Positions 56,058 to 64,000 of a stretch of DNA of 64,000 bases are shown one piece after another. The notes beneath the pieces were generated by a model. That model was given only the letters and a program-made list of their open reading frames with translations, ran no database searches and had not been told where the DNA came from. The number at the start of each line of letters is the position of its first letter. The first letter of the stretch is position 1. The position numbers and the translations under genes are program-made. The stretch is from assembly GCA_913041945.1 (NCBI GenBank), contig CAJWIT010000003.1, positions 18,813-82,812 on the forward strand. The letters are read 5' to 3'. Source of the stretch: an uncultured Fidelibacterota bacterium (GTDB lineage: Bacteria > Fidelibacterota > Marinisomatia > Marinisomatales > UBA8229).

Positions 56058-57119
56058 TTACTCTGTTTTCAGTTTCTCTTGCTGGTCTGCTAGCTGAAGT
56101 TGTTCGATGATCTCCCCCAAACCGCCATCCAGGACAAAATCTAACTGGTGGCATGTATAGTTAATTCGATGATCAGTAATCCGTCCTTGAGGATAATTAT
56201 ACGTACGTATTTTCGCAGATCGATCTCCAGTTGAGACAAGAGATTTCCTCTCTATTGCTCGTTCTTTAGCAATACGTTCCTGTTCCATGGAAAGGAGCCG
56301 CGAACGAAGGACTTTCATGGCAGCAGCGCGGTTTTTGTGCTGGGATGATTCATCTTGGCAGGTTACAACGAGGTCAGTAGGGATATGTGTGATTCGGATT
56401 GCAGATTCTGTCTTGTTCACATGCTGACCGCCTGCACCACTGGCACGATATGTATCAATTTTTAGCTCTGCTTCTTTCAATTCAATGTCTGCTTCTTCTG
56501 CTTCCGGCATAATAGCTACTGTCGCAGCAGAAGTGTGAATTCTGCCACTGGTTTCTGTTTTTGGTACCCGCTGTACTCGGTGAACGCCACTTTCATACTT
56601 TAGTTTTCCATAGGCGCCTTCCCCTTCAATTGAAAATATAACTTCCTTAAAGCCACCGATTCCTGTCACGTTCATATTCATTAATTCATACTTCCACCCT
56701 GAACGCTCTGCATACCTGCTGTACATTCGGTATAAATTAGCGGCAAAAAGTGCTGCTTCTTCTCCTCCAGTTCCAGCACGAACTTCAACAATTGTATTTT
56801 TATCATCATTCGGATCATGGGGAAGCATGAGTATTTTTAGCTCTTCCTCCAAATTTTTTCGCTGGGATTCAAGTATTGGGAACTCTTCTTTGACTATGTT
56901 TTTCAGCTCCTCATCATTTTCTGAAAGGATATTTTGACCTTCTTCTATCTGATGGTTAACAGATAATAGTTTTTTCCCCTTCAGAACAATGGGTTCAAGC
57001 TGTCTGCGTTCCCTGGCTAGTTTCTTGATCTGATTCTGATTTTTTACTATGTCAGGATCTATTAGAAGTTTATCTAATTCTTCGAACCGCTCTATTATTG
57101 ATTTGAGCTTGTCTTTCAT
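56058..57119 (-). CDS. prfA: Peptide chain release factor 1
   Basis: The GGQ motif is [19 protein letters not shown]. The RF1-type PxT tripeptide is [16 protein letters not shown]. Length is 353 aa. Confidence 0.95.
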   Translation of the reverse strand: MKDKLKSIIERFEELDKLLIDPDIVKNQNQIKKLARERRQLEPIVLKGKKLLSVNHQIEEGQNILSENDEELKNIVKEEFPILESQRKNLEEELKILMLPHDPNDDKNTIVEVRAGTGGEEAALFAANLYRMYSRYAERSGWKYELMNMNVTGIGGFKEVIFSIEGEGAYGKLKYESGVHRVQRVPKTETSGRIHTSAATVAIMPEAEEADIELKEAELKIDTYRASGAGGQHVNKTESAIRITHIPTDLVVTCQDESSQHKNRAAAMKVLRSRLLSMEQERIAKERAIERKSLVSTGDRSAKIRTYNYPQGRITDHRINYTCHQLDFVLDGGLGEIIEQLQLADQQEKLKTE

Positions 57120-58051
57120 TCGATTGTTTCTGCCACATATTCACTTCCGGAAATCTCTTCATATCTATCACCAAAAGCAGACTTTAAAGCTGTAATTGCG
57201 ACTTCCACCATATCGTCTTCCGGGGGTTTTGTCGTGATATTTTGCAGCCAAAGCCCCGGTTTTTGTAACCATTGGAACAAAGCGTTATTACTTCGTGTTG
57301 TCAGTTTGATAATTTCATAAGCAATCCCTGCCACAAGGGGAAGCAATGGAAGATGGAACATGAGCCGCATCCAGAGGTTAATCTGTCCTACAATCCCAAT
57401 TATTATCGTATCAATAAGTGCAAAAACAAGAATTGTGGAAAGTAATACAATAAACATAAAACTAGTCCCACACCTGGGGTGTTGAGTTGGAAACAATTGT
57501 GCATTTTTAATGGTTATGTCTTTCCCGGATTCAAAATTATAGACAACCCGGTGTTCGGCGCCATGGTATTGAAAAAGTTTTTTTACATCATTCAGCATGG
57601 AAATGGCCATCAAATAAAGAAGAAAGAAAGTAATTCGCATCAACCCGGCTGTGAGATTGAAAAGCATTGCTTTTTTTTCAATCTCGAATAAGTGAGTTAT
57701 TATCCAGTAGGGACAGACCATAAACAATACAACAGAAAGAACTATTGCAAAGGTGGTTGTAAGCCAATTCAGGAGTTTGTTTTCTTCTTTAGCTTCCTTT
57801 TTTGGTATAGAAATATCTGCGGACCATTGGAGGGTTTTTATTCCTATTTTCATTGATTCGAATAAAGACACCATACCCCTCAATATTGGGATTTTCCAAA
57901 AAGATGAGTTCTCTGCGAGCGAAACAAATTCATGGCGCTCTATCTTTATGAGTTTATCTGGATCTCGAACTGCAGTGGAATATGCCCCAGGGACACGCAT
58001 CATTACGCCATCAATGACAGCCTGACCACCCACCAAAATGGATGGTTTCAT
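57116..58051 (-). CDS. DUF1385-family membrane protein (conserved prfA/prmC neighbour)
   Basis: [18 protein letters not shown] and RCGTSF are present, along with TM segments. The start is ambiguous among ATG 58051, 58078 and 58099. Confidence 0.8.
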   Translation of the reverse strand: MKPSILVGGQAVIDGVMMRVPGAYSTAVRDPDKLIKIERHEFVSLAENSSFWKIPILRGMVSLFESMKIGIKTLQWSADISIPKKEAKEENKLLNWLTTTFAIVLSVVLFMVCPYWIITHLFEIEKKAMLFNLTAGLMRITFFLLYLMAISMLNDVKKLFQYHGAEHRVVYNFESGKDITIKNAQLFPTQHPRCGTSFMFIVLLSTILVFALIDTIIIGIVGQINLWMRLMFHLPLLPLVAGIAYEIIKLTTRSNNALFQWLQKPGLWLQNITTKPPEDDMVEVAITALKSAFGDRYEEISGSEYVAETIE

Positions 58052-58143
58052 TAATGTCAATAAAATCGAATTATTCATGTAAAATAATAATAGCTCCAAA
58101 GGAATTTTGTTTCCCCAAGGAGCTATTAAGAAAGGGTTTGTAG

Positions 58144-58353
58144 TTACTGAGTGGTTTTTTTGCTATATTTTTGCTGGAACTTCTCGATCCGTCCAGCAGT
58201 ATCTACAAGCTTTTGTTGTCCAGAATAGAACGGATGGCATTGATTGCAGATCTCAATTCGTTGGTCGCCTATTGTACTGTAAACTTGAAATTCGTTTCCA
58301 CAGGCACAATGTACTTTACCAAGAGTATAGTTTGGATGTATTTTTGTTTTCAT
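58144..58353 (-). CDS. rpmE: 50S ribosomal protein L31
   Basis: Motifs seen are MKTKIHPNY, C.CG, CNQCHPFYSG and VDTAGRIEKF. Confidence 0.95.
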   Translation of the reverse strand: MKTKIHPNYTLGKVHCACGNEFQVYSTIGDQRIEICNQCHPFYSGQQKLVDTAGRIEKFQQKYSKKTTQ

Positions 58354-58496
58354 CCCATGATCTCCTGTTTGTTTCTCAAATTGATTCCCGATAACATAAA
58401 TAATAATATAGTACGTTTCAAAGCCGGGAAATATATTTAATTATAGTAGATAAATCCTTTAGTTATTTTTAATTAATTGGTATGAGTATCCAGACA

Positions 58497-59495
58497 TCAA
58501 AATTTATGTTGTTTTTTATGATATTCAGGGCTGTTAAATTTTGATTCATCAATAACTACTTCTTGTTTTTTGGGTTTGGGAATATTACTCTGGTTTGATT
58601 TGTTTTTATGTTCTTTTTTTGGCACTCTTATGGGGCCTGCTTTTTTTCTTTTCCCCTGCTTTTTAGGAGTAAATCTATTATTGGTTTTTTGTATTTGGTC
58701 AATATCAATGGTTGCTAAATCTGGGTCTGTTGTCTTTATTTCCGCTGGTTTTGAATTTTGAGTTTCCTTCAGAAAGGTTTTATCATCAAAGTTAAATTCA
58801 TCGGGATTATAAAGTCCGTAGATTGTGCCGTAACCCCGGGTAATTCCATTACCGAGACCAATGTAATTAGGCAAGATAAAGTTTGTTTGAAATCCCCCAT
58901 AAAATGCACCCAAGTTATTATCATCTAAAGGTTTTGGGAACAGTGAATTCAGTAACAATTTTGTGTATGTTTTTTGGTTGATAGAAACACCCATTTCTCG
59001 TGCTATAAAAATTATATTTTGCCCAAGAAGCCGATTTAAATGATTTTTTCGTTCTGCATTATTTAATGAGTGATAATTGTTTCCTGTGGTTTGATTTAAT
59101 GCAATCCAAGGAGTGATGAAACGGTATCGAAGCAGTCGATCAATTGCTTTGAATTGTTTTGTATAGTGTTCAGTTTCTATATCTAGTACTTGGAAAGTGA
59201 TATTCCCAAAGTTCAAAGATTGAATTTTTTTTGAAAAAGCAAGGACAATATCTACCGCTTCGTCAATTCCTATTATGTATATCTGTTCATTAAGTATTTT
59301 TACTTGGACTCGTGGATAGAGAAAGTACTTTCGGTACCGACCATCCAAAAGAGGAGTAATTTCTTCCTTCGGGTAATGCTTTATAAAAACGCCTTTTACT
59401 TGGTATGGCGTTTTTTTCACCGGTTTATCAGTTATTAACCTGACGATAACTGATGCCGGTTCACCAGTTTTTATAAAATGTTCTGAATTTTTCAT
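58497..59495 (-). CDS. Hypothetical protein; N-terminal ~230 aa resemble a Cas6/RAMP-like fold, followed by a C-terminal ~100-aa Lys-rich tail
   Basis: LYPRVQVKILNEQIYIIGIDEA resembles the YP(L/R)IQYK...G motif of Cas6-type proteins. YRFITPW is present. A glycine-rich loop, GLGNGITRGYG, is encoded at 58827-58859 near the end of the folded part. The tail reads KKQGKRKKAGPIRVPKKEHKNKSN..PKPKK. The gene is AT-rich relative to rho. Confidence 0.4.
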   Translation of the reverse strand: MKNSEHFIKTGEPASVIVRLITDKPVKKTPYQVKGVFIKHYPKEEITPLLDGRYRKYFLYPRVQVKILNEQIYIIGIDEAVDIVLAFSKKIQSLNFGNITFQVLDIETEHYTKQFKAIDRLLRYRFITPWIALNQTTGNNYHSLNNAERKNHLNRLLGQNIIFIAREMGVSINQKTYTKLLLNSLFPKPLDDNNLGAFYGGFQTNFILPNYIGLGNGITRGYGTIYGLYNPDEFNFDDKTFLKETQNSKPAEIKTTDPDLATIDIDQIQKTNNRFTPKKQGKRKKAGPIRVPKKEHKNKSNQSNIPKPKKQEVVIDESKFNSPEYHKKQHKF

Positions 59496-59530
59496 ATAAA
59501 TAACAGATTATCAATTAAAAGAAAAAAAGT

Positions 59531-60778
59531 TTAGTGACTCATTGTATCCATAAATTCTTCATTATTTTTTGTCCGTTTCATACGATTCCGAAGAAACTCC
59601 ATTGCTTCAATCACTTTCATTTCATTTAGAAGTTTTCTGAGAATCCAGATTCTCCCAAGATGTTTTTTAGACAGGAGTAATTCTTCTTTTCGCGTACCAG
59701 ACTTGACTATATCGAAGGAGGGGTAAATTCGCCGGTCACTCAGGCGTCTATCCAGGACCAATTCCATGTTCCCAGTTCCTTTAAATTCTTCGAATATAAC
59801 ATCGTCCATACGACTTCCTGTATCAACCAATGCTGTAGCAATAATTGTGAAGCTTCCTCCTTCTTCAATATTCCTGGCAGAGCCAAAAAACTGTTTTGGT
59901 TTTTTTAGAGCGTTGGAGTCTACTCCTCCGGAAAGAATTTTCCCACTATGAGGGATTACGGCATTATGAGCACGAGCTAAGCGGGTAAGGCTATCGAGAA
60001 GAATGACTACATCTTCTCCATATTCCACAAGACGGCGTGCTTTTTGAAGGGCCATATCTGCAACGGAAACATGCCGTTCAGGTGCCTCATCAAAAGTGGA
60101 ACTGACCACCTCCGCATCTACACTTCTTTTCATATCAGTAACTTCTTCCGGACGTTCATCAATCAGAAGAATAATCATATGGGTTTTGGGATGGTTTTGG
60201 CGAATTGCATTCGCAATCTCTTGTAGAAGGATTGTTTTCCCTGTTTTAGGTTGGGCGACAATGAGACCTCGCTGCCCTTTTCCAATTGGAGATATCAAGT
60301 CCATAATTCTTGTTGACAGATTTTTTCCATCTGTTTCAAGATTGAATTTTTCTTCTGGGTGTAGAGGTGTAAGGTTATCAAATAAAATTGATTGTTTGAC
60401 ATCATCTGGTGGTTTTTCATTAACCATATCAACCTTGAGAAGTGCATAGAAACGTTCCTTCGCCTTGGGAGGACGAATCTTACCTGATATTTGGTGCCCG
60501 GTGCGAAGACCAAATCTTTTTATTTGTGATGGACTTACATATACATCATCAGGACCGGGAAGGTAATTGAAATCTGGACTTCGTAAAAACCCGTATCCGT
60601 CGCCCATCACCTCAAGGATACCCCGGGAATACAAAACACCATCATTTTTTGCCTCTGCCTCCAGGAGAGTTACGATCAATTCCTGTTTCTTCAACCCTGC
60701 AAAGTTTTGAACATTCATTTCTTGGGCGAGTTTTGTCAACTCCTTGATTTTTAGGGATTGTAGTTCAGCAGTATCCAT
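59531..60778 (-). CDS. rho: Transcription termination factor Rho
   Basis: The N-terminal domain includes [10 protein letters not shown], and the RNA-binding domain includes GYGFLR. The Walker A is [15 protein letters not shown], and [11 protein letters not shown] is also present. Confidence 0.96.
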   Translation of the reverse strand: MDTAELQSLKIKELTKLAQEMNVQNFAGLKKQELIVTLLEAEAKNDGVLYSRGILEVMGDGYGFLRSPDFNYLPGPDDVYVSPSQIKRFGLRTGHQISGKIRPPKAKERFYALLKVDMVNEKPPDDVKQSILFDNLTPLHPEEKFNLETDGKNLSTRIMDLISPIGKGQRGLIVAQPKTGKTILLQEIANAIRQNHPKTHMIILLIDERPEEVTDMKRSVDAEVVSSTFDEAPERHVSVADMALQKARRLVEYGEDVVILLDSLTRLARAHNAVIPHSGKILSGGVDSNALKKPKQFFGSARNIEEGGSFTIIATALVDTGSRMDDVIFEEFKGTGNMELVLDRRLSDRRIYPSFDIVKSGTRKEELLLSKKHLGRIWILRKLLNEMKVIEAMEFLRNRMKRTKNNEEFMDTMSH

Positions 60779-60878
60779 TAAGGATTTTCCTTATGATTCT
60801 AGTGATTTTTTTGGTAAAAGAGAAATCTATAGATAAAAGTCCAAACGGTATAAATAGCTACCGACAAAAGAAATTACA

Positions 60879-62144
60879 CTAAATGACACCATTGTCAAAG
60901 GAAAAAGAAAAAAATTCAAATATTGCATTTGCAATGTAATGACTTCCAAAAATCAATCCAGGCGTATCATTGTTAACATTTTCGTTTAATGTAGTTAGAG
61001 CTATGTTCACGTCATTAATCATTGTACATGGGATTCCCTCCCTTTTTAATATTTTCCATAATGTTTCTGCTGGTATAATTCCTACCTTAGGAAGGGACGT
61101 TACGATCAACTCAGAAAAGGAATCTTTTAATATGGGTGTAATTAGATTGATATTTTTTTCAGATTTCAAAACGAGTACTCCAAGCGGCTTTTTACTCCAC
61201 CAAGATCGAAATATATTCAAAATAGTGTGAATCCCATGTGCATTATGAGCCACATCATAATAAATAGGTTTGATTGGATCCATTTGCTGGAGTCTGCCGG
61301 GCCAGGACACATGAGACAATCCTTTTTGGATGGTTTCTGTAGATATTTCAGGATCGAAATGATTGATAGATAAGACAGATATTGCTGCGTTCATACCCTG
61401 ATGATATCCCTTGAGTGGAGTGCAGAAGGAAATGCCATTGACATGGAACCTGGTTAATGCATTAATATTTGCAGTTGTTTCTATGGAGGAATTATTTAAA
61501 GTGAATACTGATGATTTTTTTTGTTTCGCTCTATTTTGTAATATGTTTTTTACGGTTGGTTCTTGATTGGCTAGAATTAGTGGAGTCCCATTCTTAATTA
61601 TACCCCCTTTTTCGAAAGCAATTTCGTCAATAGTTTTTCCTAGTATTTCGGAATGATCAACAGCTACGGACGTAATAATTGTTTGAATTGGATTTAGAAC
61701 ATTGGTTGAATCCAGGCGCCCTCCCAGTCCGGTTTCTACGATAGCAACATCTACATTTTTTTCCCTAAAATACCAAAAGGCCATAGCTGTAGTTGCTTCA
61801 AAAAAAGTGGTTTTAATTGCTTCCAAGTGTGGTCTGACCTGTGAAATAAATTTCAAGATATTATTATCAGAAATTGGTAGTCCGTTTACTCGAATTCGTT
61901 CATTAAAATGTACCAAATGAGGAGAGGTATATAACCCGACAGTGTAGTTCGCATTTTTTAGAATCGAAGCAAGGTTTGCACAAGTAGAACCCTTGCCATT
62001 GGTTCCGGCCACATGAATGGATTTGAAGGACTGCTGTGGATTTCCAATCTGATCCAGCAATTGATAAGTATGCTCTAGCCCAACCTTGATTCCTCTACGT
62101 TCTAAACTGTAGAGGTATTCTAAATGATCTGCAATTTTGTTCAT
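60879..62144 (-). CDS. folC: Folylpolyglutamate synthase / dihydrofolate synthase
   Basis: The P-loop is HVAGTNGKGST. YTSPHL and VETGLGGRLDSTN are present, showing a Mur-ligase fold. Confidence 0.92.
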   Translation of the reverse strand: MNKIADHLEYLYSLERRGIKVGLEHTYQLLDQIGNPQQSFKSIHVAGTNGKGSTCANLASILKNANYTVGLYTSPHLVHFNERIRVNGLPISDNNILKFISQVRPHLEAIKTTFFEATTAMAFWYFREKNVDVAIVETGLGGRLDSTNVLNPIQTIITSVAVDHSEILGKTIDEIAFEKGGIIKNGTPLILANQEPTVKNILQNRAKQKKSSVFTLNNSSIETTANINALTRFHVNGISFCTPLKGYHQGMNAAISVLSINHFDPEISTETIQKGLSHVSWPGRLQQMDPIKPIYYDVAHNAHGIHTILNIFRSWWSKKPLGVLVLKSEKNINLITPILKDSFSELIVTSLPKVGIIPAETLWKILKREGIPCTMINDVNIALTTLNENVNNDTPGLIFGSHYIANAIFEFFSFSFDNGVI

Positions 62145-62217
62145 TTTTCTAAAGTTTTATTTACCAAGAATCGAGATAATTTTAAAAGAGTGTTTCCTGC
62201 TGAATGTTCTTATAGAT

Positions 62218-63021
62218 CTAAAGAAGATCTACCGGTGTTACATCCGCAATAGGGCCTTCTAAAAACCGTTCTGCAATTGTTTTAAATTGGGAGAAGACAT
62301 CACTTATATAGCAGGAAAGCGTACCGTTTTTATGACTATTGGACTGAAGTTCAGAAGTCTTTAACAAATCAAATATTTTTTCAGCAATGGGCTCGGCTGA
62401 GTCCACCAAAACAATTTTCTGGTTTGTTTGAGATATAAGTAACGGTTTTAAAAGAGGGTAGTGAGTGCAGCCGAGGACAAGAGTGTCAATGTTTTCTGTT
62501 TTAAATGGTTCAAGATAAATGTTTGCGATTGCCTTCGTAATTGATCCATCTAACCATCCCTCTTCAACTAAAGGTACAAACAAAGGGCAGGGTTGGCTTA
62601 TGACTGTCATAGTATGGTCCGTTGCTTTAATTCTATTTTCGTATTCCTTTGAACGAATTGTAGCAACGGTCCCGATTACACCGATGTGCTTATTACGAGT
62701 AACATTTATGGCTGCCTTAACTCCAGGATCAATCACATCAACGACGGGAACCCTTACATGTTTTTGGACTTCATTTAAGGCAAGTGCAGATGCCGTATTG
62801 CATGCTATCACGATTATTTTAGCACCTTTTGATATGAGAAAGTCAGCAATTTGAAGAGAGTATTTTTTAATTATTTTAGGGCTCTTATTCCCGTAAGGTA
62901 ATCGTGCTGTATCGCCGAAATATATAACAGATTCATGTGGAAGAAGCTTTTGGATCGCCTTGACAACTGTGAGCCCGCCCAGGCCAGAATCGAAAATGCC
63001 GATTGGATTTGTATTCATCAT
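62218..63021 (-). CDS. murI: Glutamate racemase
   Basis: Motifs seen are IGIFDSGLGGLTV, ACNTAS and LGCTHYP. Confidence 0.95.
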   Translation of the reverse strand: MMNTNPIGIFDSGLGGLTVVKAIQKLLPHESVIYFGDTARLPYGNKSPKIIKKYSLQIADFLISKGAKIIVIACNTASALALNEVQKHVRVPVVDVIDPGVKAAINVTRNKHIGVIGTVATIRSKEYENRIKATDHTMTVISQPCPLFVPLVEEGWLDGSITKAIANIYLEPFKTENIDTLVLGCTHYPLLKPLLISQTNQKIVLVDSAEPIAEKIFDLLKTSELQSNSHKNGTLSCYISDVFSQFKTIAERFLEGPIADVTPVDLL

Positions 63022-63064
63022 TATACGGATATATACCAGGAGGTAATTCCCCTGTCTTTCATAC

Positions 63065-64000
63065 TTAGCCTTCTGCTAAAAGTTTCTCTTTTGTTTGCTT
63101 AAACATAAAAATCGCACCATAAACTGCTTCAGCGATTTGCTGTCGGTAAGAAGTTTTTTTTAGTTTTTTTTCTTCAGTTGGATTAGAGAGAAATCCAACT
63201 TCAATTAATACATTTGGCATACTTGCGCCGATCAAGACATAAAAGCCTGCTTGTTTCACCCCTCTGTTTTTTGAATTGATCCTTGAAGCAAGTTCATTCT
63301 GAATTATTCCAGCAAATTCCTCACTTTCTTTCATATATGCATTTTGAGCCATCGTAGCCATTATCAAATTTTCCCCGGTGTATATACTTTTTTGTTGATC
63401 TTCTAACTTAATTACAGCATTTTCTCTGGATGCAACTTCGATGGCATCGTTTGTTTTTCCTTGTCGCAACAAATAGGTTTCAAATCCTCGGATATTCCGA
63501 TTTGGATTTGCATTGGCGTGTATGCTAATAAATAATTTCCCGTTAGTTTCGTTGGCAATTTTTGTTCGTTTCCACAGAGGGATAAAGATATCTTCTTCCC
63601 GGGTGTGAACAACCTTAATATGTGTGTTTTTTTCAACCAGCTTTCCAATCCTTTTCGCTATATCAAGGGTAATATTTTTTTCTTTTGTTCCATATTTCCC
63701 TACAGTACCCCCATCCTTACCGCCATGGCCAGCATCCAGTACAATTGTATCTAATCTCCAGCGGTTTTTTACTTCCTTGATACGGGCCGCACTTTTAGAG
63801 AGAGGAGTTCGGAGAGTTACTACAATTTCATCTGGTTCACTGCTTTGATAAAACTCAAATCCTTCAATATCTGATCGTAACTGAAATGCTAACTGAACAG
63901 ATTCATCAAACTGATCTGCTACTACCTTGTGAACCACTCCCCTGGTGTCAGTTCGTTTCACTTCAACCGAATCGATTATTCCATCTTTTATCGTAAGGTA
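63065..64000 (-). CDS. N-acetylmuramoyl-L-alanine amidase (Amidase_3, AmiC-like); 5' end probably beyond the window
   Basis: Motifs seen are IVLDAGHGGKDGG, ISIHANA and GFLSNP. The N-terminal part looks AMIN-like. The frame stays open from the GTG at 63961 to base 64000. Confidence 0.88.
   Translation of the reverse strand, partial: YLTIKDGIIDSVEVKRTDTRGVVHKVVADQFDESVQLAFQLRSDIEGFEFYQSSEPDEIVVTLRTPLSKSAARIKEVKNRWRLDTIVLDAGHGGKDGGTVGKYGTKEKNITLDIAKRIGKLVEKNTHIKVVHTREEDIFIPLWKRTKIANETNGKLFISIHANANPNRNIRGFETYLLRQGKTNDAIEVASRENAVIKLEDQQKSIYTGENLIMATMAQNAYMKESEEFAGIIQNELASRINSKNRGVKQAGFYVLIGASMPNVLIEVGFLSNPTEEKKLKKTSYRQQIAEAVYGAIFMFKQTKEKLLAEG

Noticed and set aside
56556-56564. The RF1 anticodon-mimic tripeptide reads PKT rather than the textbook PAT, which could hint at altered stop-codon use.
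   Set aside because: Only the first and third positions of PxT discriminate, and the middle residue is variable. TAA, TAG and TGA all terminate well-supported genes in this window, so there is no sign of recoding.
1-64000. CRISPR arrays, tRNA or rRNA genes, IS elements, integrases, prophage genes, toxin-antitoxin pairs, or a classical defence island.
   Set aside because: Non-coding spacers are few and at most 280 nt. I saw no direct-repeat/spacer periodicity, no tRNA-like T-arm (GGTTCGAATCC-type) sequence, and no transposase, recombinase or nuclease-helicase defence motifs. This was a scan by eye, so short or degenerate elements could have been missed.

Overview
This is a chromosomal window that is almost entirely coding, with about 65 CDS. 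It comes from a diderm, LPS-making bacterium with moderately AT-rich DNA and Shine-Dalgarno-type ribosome-binding sites. TAA, TAG and TGA all end genes, so the standard bacterial genetic code applies. A T9SS/FlgD-Ig-like C-terminal domain, a DGGGPS-like prenyltransferase and a Cys-less Mrp suggest an FCB-superphylum-like uncultured lineage, but a search would be needed to confirm this.

Gene content is mostly housekeeping:
- **Start of window:** priA (3' part), an Lrp regulator plus type II glutamine synthetase, a tandem GAPDH pair, mutY, plsC, pepC, and an MFS transporter with an FGGY kinase.
- **Fe-S:** a ferredoxin followed by Mrp.
- **Envelope block:** uppS-bamA-skp-lpxD-lpxC-fabZ-lpxA-(hypothetical)-dxr-rseP.
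- **Middle:** tsaC, an lpxL-like gene, nfeD-floA, a nucleoside-salvage run cdd-tdk-nupC-adk-coaE, a rhomboid protease, a giant M23 peptidase, and a secreted protein with three lamin-tail domains.
- **Replication and translation:** yqeY-cvpA-dnaG, and a long minus-strand operon rpmE-DUF1385-prfA-prmC-ubiA-like-dnaE-dtd.
- **End of window:** rho, folC, murI and an amidase that runs off the window.

I found no rRNA, tRNA, CRISPR array, transposase, integrase, or recognisable defence or mobile island. There is no clear-cut novel multi-gene system here.

The observations most worth a second look are:
1. A translationally coupled GAPDH pair whose upstream copy has lost the catalytic Cys and the phosphate-site residues.
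2. An orphan Cas6/RAMP-like protein with a Lys-rich tail, inserted between rho and rpmE.
3. An archaeal-type DGGGPS-like prenyltransferase embedded in the prfA-prmC-dnaE operon.
4. A visibly AT-rich two-gene cassette: a CruF/DUF422-like membrane protein plus a SAM methyltransferase.
5. lpxA, which has a conserved N-terminus but no canonical start codon.

All functional calls rest on motif recognition by eye. No database searches were run.
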